Shown: positions 8,386 through 15,337 of the stretch, piece by piece | Layout of the letters: each line of letters opens with the position of its first letter | How positions within the stretch are numbered: position 1 is the first letter of the stretch | Source: an uncultured Candidatus Saccharibacteria bacterium | Lineage (GTDB): Bacteria; Patescibacteriota; Saccharimonadia; Saccharimonadales; 2-12-FULL-41-12 | DNA length: 64,000 bases | Assembly: GCA_947085855.1 (NCBI GenBank) | Contig: CAMTYB010000001.1 | Span: 341,788 to 405,787 of the forward strand | Direction: 5' to 3' | Position numbers and translations under genes: made by a program | Notes under the pieces: generated by a model | Seen by the model: the letters and a program-made list of their open reading frames with translations, nothing else | Databases searched by the model: none | What the model was told of the DNA's origin: nothing

Positions 8386-8922
8386 TCAATCGGTTTTACG
8401 TGCAAATAGTGAAGCGTGTAAGGAGTAGGCCCGCGGTAATACATTGCTACGGACGTTACGAATACCGCGACTGGCAGCCGTGAGCGCAACCGCTCCAACT
8501 ACTGCCATTCCTAATTCTATACCCATGTAGCTAGCTACTTCTTTTGTACCACTGCCGCTATTTGTTTCTTGAGCCTGAAGTGTACCTATTTGCTGGTTAT
8601 TACTGATGATCTGCATATCAAGCGCATACTGAGCTTGGTCATTAGCTGCTTGCGGCACGTCACCCTGATCCAATACTCGTTGAGCTGTAATCAGCGATTC
8701 GTTTTGATCTTCCAGCTCAGTGATCTCAGCTGTCGCTTTGTGAGATTCGCCTGTTAAATTTCCAGCTACAACAACACCTCCAGCCATACCAACCATCAGC
8801 CCACCAAATGTGGAGAATGGTTGCTGTTTAACGGTTTCGTCTATTCGGTCAAGCGTGTGGTCAAATCCACTCCTAGCCCACGCTGCTGCAAAATATGCTT
8901 CGTCTTTCATTCTTTCAATCAT
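8386..8922 (-). CDS. hypothetical membrane protein
   Basis: 178 aa with two hydrophobic segments flanking a Gln-rich coiled-coil-like segment. Confidence 0.5.
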   Translation of the reverse strand: MIERMKDEAYFAAAWARSGFDHTLDRIDETVKQQPFSTFGGLMVGMAGGVVVAGNLTGESHKATAEITELEDQNESLITAQRVLDQGDVPQAANDQAQYALDMQIISNNQQIGTLQAQETNSGSGTKEVASYMGIELGMAVVGAVALTAASRGIRNVRSNVLPRAYSLHASLFARKTD

Positions 8923-9060
8923 GAGCCTATTATCACCAACACCTTCTGGTCATGCAAGCATAAGGACTCTACTATGCTCGTTTGGTGATTCATCCAAGGC
9001 AGTACTTGCATTTCTTTAATTTAGGTGTATAAATAATCATTAATTAAGTTAGGGAGATCT

Positions 9061-9459
9061 ATGCGTAATTTTGAACCGGTTCAAGGCCTAGTATCTGAAG
9101 AAGTTTTTGATACCTTTATAACCAGTAAATGGCCCGGACTTTTTGGTGGAACAGCTCATCACAGCCTTACTAATGACGTAGATTTAGGAAAATGCGTCGA
9201 AGCGCTTGAAGCTACTGTTGCACTCAGCCCAATGGAAGAAAGAGATATGCTGGCAGATATGGGCATAATTGAGCAAGAACCACGCCCAGAATACCTTGAT
9301 GAACCAAGAGATTTTCGTTTCACTACAGCTGGTCATCAATTAGTTTCACTGTGCGAAGGCTTATACACACCAGAAGAACACGAGGCAAGAGAAGCAGAAG
9401 CCAAAGTTCGCATAGAAGAATCAAAAGCTGAACACGAAGAGTGGTTAAGCCAGCAGTAA
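9061..9459 (+). CDS. hypothetical acidic protein
   Basis: 132 aa. GGGAGA SD-like sequence 6 nt upstream of the ATG. Confidence 0.55.
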   Translation: MRNFEPVQGLVSEEVFDTFITSKWPGLFGGTAHHSLTNDVDLGKCVEALEATVALSPMEERDMLADMGIIEQEPRPEYLDEPRDFRFTTAGHQLVSLCEGLYTPEEHEAREAEAKVRIEESKAEHEEWLSQQ

Positions 9460-9535
9460 ACTGGTTATCCTAAGTTACAAATCAATCCGGACAACTCATC
9501 TCGCTTCTTGAGAGTGACAGGACTTAACAGGAATC

Positions 9536-9563
9536 TGGTGGAGGCACCGGGGATCGAACCCGG
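9536..9563 (-). pseudogene. orphan tRNA 3' fragment (T arm + acceptor 3' strand + CCA)
   Basis: Minus strand CCGGG TTCGATC CCCGG TGCCTCC A CCA. No matching 5' acceptor strand (GG[AG]GG[CT][AG]) within 400 nt. Confidence 0.6.
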
Positions 9564-9644
9564 CCAAAACAAGATTGAAAAACAGATGTAAAGACGCTAA
9601 ACTGAAATAGGTTCGCATCCTATGTGCACGGCACCAGCCGTACT

Positions 9645-9673
9645 AAAAAGAGAGCATTTCATGCTCTCTTTTC
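9645..9673 (-). terminator. bidirectional intrinsic terminator after the 168-aa ORF
   Basis: AAAAGAGAGCAT, loop TTC, ATGCTCTCTTTT. U-tracts on both strands. Confidence 0.7.
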
Positions 9674-9731
9674 TTATTTGTCACTAGGCGGACAAACCAC
9701 TTGGAAGATTTGACCAAAACTTGCCTAGATT

Positions 9732-10238
9732 TTACCACTCACCGGTATCAAAGTCTTGATCTTGATTAGGTACATACTCTCTTACGGCTTCCTGCTCCAC
9801 ATTTGGTAATAATGCACCTACCGCCGTTGCGGTAATAACGCCATACGCAAAATCTATCGGGTCTGGTGTGCTTTCCCAATGCATAAGCTTTGTACCAAAT
9901 TTAGTTTCTACAAGTCCATTCACTAAAAGTCCAACCGATAATCCGCCTAGCGCCATTTTGGCTCTAATTGATAACCTACTATCTTCACGCTCACCACCTC
10001 TGCTTGCTCTATCAGTGACCAGCTTGCCAACTATTAGACCGCCCGCGTAACCTAATTGGGCTGAACCGTTTATATTTCCAGCGTGGTCAAATACATCAAA
10101 CGGTTCAGGTAAAATATCTCTTGCGCCGTCTCCGTCTTTTGCAATTAAAAGGGCGATGCAACTCATCGCAAGTACACCGTACTTTATACTAGCGTGTGAC
10201 ACCTTGTTACTCAATTGTTCTACATAAGGCATAATCAA
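9732..10238 (-). CDS. hypothetical membrane protein
   Basis: 168 aa. The track start is TTG at 10238. An ATG at 10232 (MPYVEQ...) is more likely given the promoter spacing. Confidence 0.55.
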   Translation of the reverse strand: MIMPYVEQLSNKVSHASIKYGVLAMSCIALLIAKDGDGARDILPEPFDVFDHAGNINGSAQLGYAGGLIVGKLVTDRASRGGEREDSRLSIRAKMALGGLSVGLLVNGLVETKFGTKLMHWESTPDPIDFAYGVITATAVGALLPNVEQEAVREYVPNQDQDFDTGEW

Positions 10239-10241
10239 ACT

Positions 10242-10270
10242 ATTTTAACACTTCTAGCTATTTATGTCAA
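10242..10270 (-). promoter_or_regulatory. consensus-like promoter (TTGACA-17 nt-TAAAAT)
   Basis: Minus strand TTGACA (10270-10265), 17-nt spacer, TAAAAT (10247-10242). The predicted TSS lies 2-4 nt before the ATG at 10232, implying a near-leaderless mRNA. Confidence 0.45.
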
Positions 10271-10517
10271 TAATACTTGTGTTGTAATTAGCGGAATACC
10301 ATTGGTCGGGGTGACAGGACGAGTCGCTAGGCTCCGATATTTCCTCAAGTGCTCGGAGCAAACTCCTGTGCGCTTTCGTCATATGTGCACCGGCGACTAC
10401 GATCTTTGCTTCGCAAATCTCTGCTGCAGAACCAAGTTTGTGACCACAGATGCAAAAAGACGAACCACCTTCGGTGAGTCGTCTTTTATATGCATATGGT
10501 CGAGTTGGACTGATCAA
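10254..10517 (-). CDS. doubtful ORF (87 aa, CICGHK motif)
   Basis: Fully overlapped by a 102-aa ORF on the opposite strand. Its C-terminus (SSCHPDQW) reads through the tRNA-Pro 3' fragment. Possibly a gene remnant. Confidence 0.25.
   Translation of the reverse strand: MISPTRPYAYKRRLTEGGSSFCICGHKLGSAAEICEAKIVVAGAHMTKAHRSLLRALEEISEPSDSSCHPDQWYSANYNTSIIDINS
10303..10319 (-). pseudogene. displaced 3' end of tRNA-Pro (T CCTGT CACCCCG A CCA)
   Basis: Exact complement of the acceptor 5' strand CGGGGTG and of T-stem GCAGG found at 11782-11841. CCA encoded. Confidence 0.7.
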
Positions 10518-10536
10518 CCTTGAACAGTTAGCCTAA

Positions 10537-10842
10537 TTAGTAACGCACAGGTCGTGGAGCAATTGGTGTAGTCGGCATTTCACCGACATGTGGAATCGTT
10601 GCTGGTGATTGTTCGGGAGCTTGAGAAGTTAGAGTAGCCTCGTAATTCTCCACTGCACGACCATCAATACCTAGCCAGTTCTTGTAGTCTGGGTCAAATG
10701 TGTGACCTGCTTCGAGTTCGTCATTAACTCTCTGTGTCATACGGGCACGATTGTATCGCTGTAAACCTACGAGTGCGGTATTTAGCCCAACCCAAAAGAC
10801 TGCTTGTCCAGGGCTTTTGCCCTCAACCATATTATTAGCCAC
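10537..10842 (-). CDS. hypothetical protein
   Basis: 101 aa, GTG start (an ATG at 10830 is an alternative). Confidence 0.45.
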   Translation of the reverse strand: MANNMVEGKSPGQAVFWVGLNTALVGLQRYNRARMTQRVNDELEAGHTFDPDYKNWLGIDGRAVENYEATLTSQAPEQSPATIPHVGEMPTTPIAPRPVRY

Positions 10843-10927
10843 CTCATGAGCTTCCGGTAACGCCGCTACAGTATGAACAGCTTCATTGAAAACACTGCCA
10901 CCTGCAGCAAATTGAGTAGGTCATAAT

Positions 10928-11080
10928 ATGAGCGATTTTGACGAAGCAACCGATGGCTTAGGCAGTATTCATAGTTCGGCAGCAGATCCGCAGGATACGC
11001 CGCCCGCCTACACCCCATCAGATAACGACGGCAATACCATCCACCTGGATGATGACCATGGTGACGCTAATACTCTTTAG
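10928..11080 (+). CDS. small acidic hypothetical protein (51 aa)
   Basis: ATG at 10928, TAG at 11078-11080. Translates MSDFDEATDGLGSIHSSAADPQDTPPAYTPSDNDGNTIHLDDDHGDANTL. Below the ORF-track cutoff. Confidence 0.3.
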   Translation: MSDFDEATDGLGSIHSSAADPQDTPPAYTPSDNDGNTIHLDDDHGDANTL

Positions 11081-11178
11081 CCACAAATAGCTTGAACTAT
11101 AGTTAAATACTATATCTAAGAAGTTGAAGCATGAAAGGTATTGCATAAATTGTAATACTATGGTATAATTCAAGTATT

Positions 11179-11637
11179 ATGTCAAGAAGTGTAGCGGAAG
11201 TAACTGGCAAAATGCCCTTTGCGGGCAAACATGTAGTTAAATCTACGTACGAGCATGGGCGTGAGTCAAGTCGTCACGGTAGAATTGGCGGAAAGATAGC
11301 TAGTTCTATAGGCTTAGTAGTGTTTGCTGGTTTACATGCCCGACAATTAGATATGGGTATAAATGAACTTGTTCATCATAGTGGCGATCAAAATGCAGCC
11401 GAAGTTGGTATTGATGCCGCTTACACTATGGCTAACGCAATGGCTACGTACACTCAGGCATACTTAGGTCTTAGGGTACTTGGCACTCGATCAGAAGTAG
11501 TTACTGCCGCACCCGAAGGTGTTATGGCTGTTTCTGGACCACCCCGTAAGGAAATCGAGCCGCTCAAGATGCCATCTGCTACTGAGCTTGCTGTTACATT
11601 AGGCGGACAAATACTGTTTGTAGCTACAATGAAGTAG
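11179..11637 (+). CDS. hypothetical membrane protein
   Basis: 152 aa with one or two hydrophobic segments. Confidence 0.5.
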   Translation: MSRSVAEVTGKMPFAGKHVVKSTYEHGRESSRHGRIGGKIASSIGLVVFAGLHARQLDMGINELVHHSGDQNAAEVGIDAAYTMANAMATYTQAYLGLRVLGTRSEVVTAAPEGVMAVSGPPRKEIEPLKMPSATELAVTLGGQILFVATMK

Positions 11638-11767
11638 TGCTGACTGCTGTTTCACTGAAATGCTTATGCTATATGGGAGGGATACTATGCCTGGTAGACG
11701 TATGCAGGGTCAACGAGTATTGTGTAAGAAAAACAGGAATGGGACGGAATAAGGTTACGTTTACAGC

Positions 11768-11841
11768 AGAGTGTCTGAAACTTCGAACCTGCAACCTCAC
11801 GGCCCCCAGCCGTACGCGCTAGCCAACTGCGCCACACCCCG
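11768..11841 (-). tRNA. tRNA-Pro(GGG), disrupted after T-loop position 59
   Basis: Minus strand CGGGGTG TG GCGC AGTTGGCTA GCGC G TACGG CTGGGGG CCGTG AGGTT GCAGG TTCGAA, then non-tRNA sequence. The downstream ACACTCT gives only a G-U-rich pseudo-acceptor pairing. Confidence 0.7.
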
Positions 11842-11887
11842 AGGTGTCATGCTTCCCTATTTTAAAGACTTCACCAGATTTGTAAAT

Positions 11888-11917
11888 AAATAAGCGACCG
11901 TCTAGGGTCGCTTATTT
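11888..11917 (-). terminator. bidirectional hairpin terminator
   Basis: TAAGCGACC (11891-11899), loop GTCTAG, GGTCGCTTA (11906-11914). Flanked by an A-run and a T-run. Confidence 0.5.
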
Positions 11918-12086
11918 AAAAGAGTTACTAGGATTATTGGTCGAGTCGGTCCGACTATGATTAGCTTGGCAAGAACCAAGTGGGTGAACGCACATACTGG
12001 CCACGGCCGGTATAAATATTGTTCTCCCTAAATCACAACTATTCAAGATAATCGTTGTGTCGGGTTGTCGCCCTCGACCACCTCTA

Positions 12087-12710
12087 TTATAGCAAGAAAT
12101 CGAGCACTTGTTGATTCAAATTTGAGATAATGTCCGTGAAAGCTGGCACGGCTAGCACCAAGCCAAAGACAATGAAAATACCCACATTTTCGAGGCTTTC
12201 CATCACCCGCCTCAGCGGATCTGGCGCAAAGGCATACAAGAACCGTGAGCCGTCCAACGGCGGAATTGGGATCATATTAAACACAAACAAACCGATGTTT
12301 ATGATGACAAAAATAGCTACCACGTCTGTTACCGCGAGACTGAGGTCACCTTGGAACAACTTAAGGAAGACCGCGCCAAAGGCGGCCAACCCCAAATTAG
12401 TCAGCGGACCGGCCACACCAACGAGCGCCGCACCAAACTCATCAAACTTTACCCGATCAGGATTAAACGGCACTGGCTTGGCCGCCAACAGCGGCACTTT
12501 GAAGACAATGAGCGTAATGAGTGGCAACAACAGCGTTAGATACGGGTCTATGTGCTTGATAGGGTTGAGTGTAATTCTGCCTTCGTCTTTAGCCGTGCTA
12601 TCGCCGAGCCAGTGACTGGTAAAGGCGTGCATAGCCTCATGAATAGTGATAGACACAACGAGTACCAAAAACACCGTGATCAGTGTTCCAAAATCTAACG
12701 TATCAAACAT
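12087..12710 (-). CDS. site-2 protease family (M50) zinc metalloprotease
   Basis: 207 aa, HEAMHAFTSHWLGD (HExxH) in TM1, polytopic, with a downstream PPLDGS motif. Confidence 0.85.
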   Translation of the reverse strand: MFDTLDFGTLITVFLVLVVSITIHEAMHAFTSHWLGDSTAKDEGRITLNPIKHIDPYLTLLLPLITLIVFKVPLLAAKPVPFNPDRVKFDEFGAALVGVAGPLTNLGLAAFGAVFLKLFQGDLSLAVTDVVAIFVIINIGLFVFNMIPIPPLDGSRFLYAFAPDPLRRVMESLENVGIFIVFGLVLAVPAFTDIISNLNQQVLDFLL

Positions 12711-12774
12711 ATGCTTCTCAGTATATCAAACTGTAGTTATCCGCCGGCTGGGCTTTTTGAAGATAGTTTATGTC

Positions 12775-12878
12775 GGGGCACATTTTAAAAGGCACACGCA
12801 GTGTGCCGTGGGCATAAAGTTAACACCTTACAGCCCTGAATGTCGGCACACGGAGTGTGCCCTTTTGAATATGGTCCA
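12775..12878. repeat. palindromic MITE/REP-like element, copy A
   Basis: Hairpins GGCACAC GCA GTGTGCC (12791-12807) and GGCACAC GGA GTGTGCC (12845-12861). Inverted A/T-rich ends and a TTAACACCTTA core. Homologous to 18781-18897 and 37456-37559. Confidence 0.75.
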
Positions 12879-12896
12879 ACTATACACCGCAAACTG

Positions 12897-12925
12897 TTGA
12901 CTTCAGAGGTGTTACAGGGTAGAAT
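12897..12925 (+). promoter_or_regulatory. rpmB promoter (TTGACT-17 nt-TAGAAT)
   Basis: -35 at 12897-12902 and -10 at 12920-12925. Only 6 nt separate the -10 from the rpmB ATG (12932), and there is no SD, implying a leaderless mRNA. Confidence 0.5.
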
Positions 12926-12931
12926 ATAGGG

Positions 12932-13159
12932 ATGCAAAAATGTGAAATTACTGGTAAAGGCAAGCAATACGGCCACAACGTGAGCTTTTCTTTGCGCCGT
13001 ACCAAGAAAGTTTGGAAGCCAAATCTCCAAACCAAGACCGTCATTGTTGACGGTAAAAAGGTCCGCCTCAAGGTCAGCACCTCTGCTATCCGAACCTTGA
13101 AAAAGAAGGGCCTTCTCACAACTCCTCAAGCAGCCGCCAAAGCTGAAGCCAAGAAGTAA
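12932..13159 (+). CDS. rpmB: 50S ribosomal protein L28
   Basis: 75 aa, MQKCEITGKGKQYGHNVSFSLRRTKKVWKPNLQ. Confidence 0.95.
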   Translation: MQKCEITGKGKQYGHNVSFSLRRTKKVWKPNLQTKTVIVDGKKVRLKVSTSAIRTLKKKGLLTTPQAAAKAEAKK

Positions 13160-13186
13160 TTCTTCTAGACTATTGACTGGCGCTAG

Positions 13187-13969
13187 CTACTTAATAGTCA
13201 CAATTGACTGTGTTTTAGCAAGCGCCCTCAAGACTAAAATTCTATCTTGGGGCCAAAAAGGCAGAACTGAAGATTCTGCCAATTGCCGGTTGCCTATCGC
13301 TTTGTCAATTTGAGGATACATAATTCCATGTACAGCGGCACATCCAGGTACCATAAGTGCCGCATAAATATCTTGAGTTAGCAGTGTAACCCCTCCCCCC
13401 AGTGTGATATACGTACCCCAAAACACGCTTGCACCCTTAATCCTCCAGGAACGAGGGTTTGTCATTTGCTGTTTGCCAGCATTGTATAGGCCATCGCTAA
13501 TACCTTTATCTAGTAAACTGGCCCACGGTTTTGCTTCACGCAACACTTGATCGTCAAGATCCTGGTGAGCGACATTAACTCTCACCTGACCGTGGCCTGG
13601 AGGAAAGACATACTTTTCGTTCATAGGAGGCTGATCTACCTTGCTCTTGGCTCTCGCGACTGAACCAGCCTTAATAGCTGTTGCCGTAGATGACCCGTCT
13701 GCATTCATGCCACCCACCGCAAAGCTAACTTCTGAGTCCTCATCATAGAGTCCAAACTGTACGCTCGCAAGACGACCGATGCGTGCCAGTCGAGCTATTC
13801 TACCCAAGTTAACATCTATTTCAGTAGTAGGCACGTAATCGGGCAATGGCATGTGGGAACGAAACTCGATGCCGTTCACTTCTCCATGCCAATCGGCAAA
13901 ATTATCAAAAGAAATTGTATTCTTACTCACGTAGAAACTAATTATACAATTTACTACTAAGTTAAGCAA
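13187..13969 (-). CDS. hypothetical protein
   Basis: 260-aa ORF, no recognised motif. The true start may be internal. Confidence 0.5.
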   Translation of the reverse strand: MLNLVVNCIISFYVSKNTISFDNFADWHGEVNGIEFRSHMPLPDYVPTTEIDVNLGRIARLARIGRLASVQFGLYDEDSEVSFAVGGMNADGSSTATAIKAGSVARAKSKVDQPPMNEKYVFPPGHGQVRVNVAHQDLDDQVLREAKPWASLLDKGISDGLYNAGKQQMTNPRSWRIKGASVFWGTYITLGGGVTLLTQDIYAALMVPGCAAVHGIMYPQIDKAIGNRQLAESSVLPFWPQDRILVLRALAKTQSIVTIK

Positions 13970-13993
13970 TCATGGCAGCGCTTAGAGCGAGCT

Positions 13994-14620
13994 TTATGCG
14001 CGGTTGATGACGATGAGGCGTGTGCCTTCGCCGAGATCAACAGATGACTTAATCTTGAGTGAGTCGACTCGATCAGCTGGTTCCATGGCGAGGCCTTTGA
14101 GAGCATCGTCGAGTGGAGTTTGTGGGACTTCGTAGCTGAGGGCTTGGTCATCATAGTGAGTTGGGATAACTATCTTTGGTTCGATCTCTTTGACTACTTT
14201 TTGAGCACCAATACCGTCGAGTGTATAGCCATTACCGCCGACTGGCACAATTAATATGTCGATAGTGCCGAGCGCTTCGAGTTCTCTATCTGTTAAATCG
14301 GGGTGAATGTGGCCTGTAACAGCGATCCTGACTCCGTCGAGAATAATGCGGTACATAGTAGTACTCGTTTGCTTGGCTTCATCCATATGGCTGCGCGCCG
14401 CGATACCTTGAACAGAGACGTCTGATACTTCGTATTCACCAGGGTGATCGATGACGAAGTGAGCTGATTCAACTGGTTCACCAACCCCTGTTGAGAGGAC
14501 GATGTCTTTAGCTGAAGCTACTGATTTGAGGCCGAGCTTGGCGAGGTTGTCGTCGATGACGAGACTGGTTTTTTTGGCGGTTATTTTGACGCAGTTGCCG
14601 CCCAGATACTGTAATTCCAC
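13994..14620 (-). CDS. MBL-fold metal-dependent hydrolase (UPF0173-like)
   Basis: 208 aa, N-terminal MELQYLGGNCVKITAKKTSLVIDD pattern, His-rich metal motifs. Confidence 0.7.
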   Translation of the reverse strand: MELQYLGGNCVKITAKKTSLVIDDNLAKLGLKSVASAKDIVLSTGVGEPVESAHFVIDHPGEYEVSDVSVQGIAARSHMDEAKQTSTTMYRIILDGVRIAVTGHIHPDLTDRELEALGTIDILIVPVGGNGYTLDGIGAQKVVKEIEPKIVIPTHYDDQALSYEVPQTPLDDALKGLAMEPADRVDSLKIKSSVDLGEGTRLIVINRA

Positions 14621-15337
14621 TTATTTCTTTCCCTTCGTTGTTGCGGTTGATTTCTTCGTTTTTGAAGTCTCTTTGATTGTTTCGGTCTTGTCGTCTTTAG
14701 CTGATGCTTTGGCTTCTTCCTCGGTCTCACCTATAGACGCAGCTTCTCCGGAAATCGGCGCCTTTAGGACGTTGCCTTTATCTACCAAAACTTGCATCTT
14801 GGAATCAAGCACAGTCAGCAAGAAGCGGTCATTGACGCGACGTCGATACTCAAACTCACCCGTATCCATGACGGCGTAACGAACGGCTTTACCCTCTTTC
14901 TTTTCAAGGTCTGACACGTACTTTGCGAGCTGGGTTGCGTTGATGTCACCAACTACCACAAAATCTACGCCACTGCGTTCGTCGAGCGTGAACTGGCCTG
15001 TGTAGAGTGCGATATCGACATTGCCAAGTGCCTTGAGACCTTGGACGGTTTCGCTCGCTGGTTCACCACCAGCAACGCCATCAGAAGCACCAAAAATTTG
15101 CGACAATGGATCGTGGAACTGGAACGATTTATTGACCTCGTAGTACAGTCGGTTGTTTTTGGTTTCTGATGAGATGATGCCGGCGTTGAGCAAATTTGAG
15201 AGCTCGCGTCGAACTGAATTAATTTGTTCGTCTATCTTGCGAGTAATTTCGCGTACATAAAATGAGCGGTTTGGATTACTGTAGAACAATTGCAGTAATT
15301 TGACCCTCGTCTTTGACCCAAAGAGTTGTTCAATCAT
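14621..15337 (-). CDS. winged-helix (ArsR-like) transcriptional regulator with Lys-rich tail
   Basis: 238 aa. N-terminal SKTRVKLLQLFYSNPNRSFYVREITRKIDEQINSVRRELSNL resembles a wHTH. Confidence 0.65.
   Translation of the reverse strand: MIEQLFGSKTRVKLLQLFYSNPNRSFYVREITRKIDEQINSVRRELSNLLNAGIISSETKNNRLYYEVNKSFQFHDPLSQIFGASDGVAGGEPASETVQGLKALGNVDIALYTGQFTLDERSGVDFVVVGDINATQLAKYVSDLEKKEGKAVRYAVMDTGEFEYRRRVNDRFLLTVLDSKMQVLVDKGNVLKAPISGEAASIGETEEEAKASAKDDKTETIKETSKTKKSTATTKGKK

Larger units (their letters stand above)
10320..11781. mobile_element. 1,462-bp insertion interrupting tRNA-Pro; no recombinase recognisable
   Basis: Lies exactly between the two tRNA-Pro pieces. Carries ORFans on both strands. 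No TIR or TSD detected by eye. Confidence 0.45.

Noticed and set aside
10215-10523. 102-aa plus-strand ORF mirrored by an 87-aa minus-strand ORF
   Set aside because: The two overlap almost completely and both read through the tRNA-Pro 3' fragment. Neither has a recognisable motif or SD. At most one is real, possibly as a remnant, so only the minus ORF is kept, at low confidence.
10320-11781. Group I or group II intron inside tRNA-Pro
   Set aside because: The 5' exon ends in A rather than the U expected for group I. The insert starts GTTTC rather than GUGYG. ORFs lie on both strands, no RT or homing-endonuclease motif is present, and the T-loop is not a known intron site.
12130-12615. 161-aa plus-strand ORF
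   Set aside because: It lies entirely antisense to the M50 protease gene, whose HExxH motif and TM pattern identify the true coding strand.
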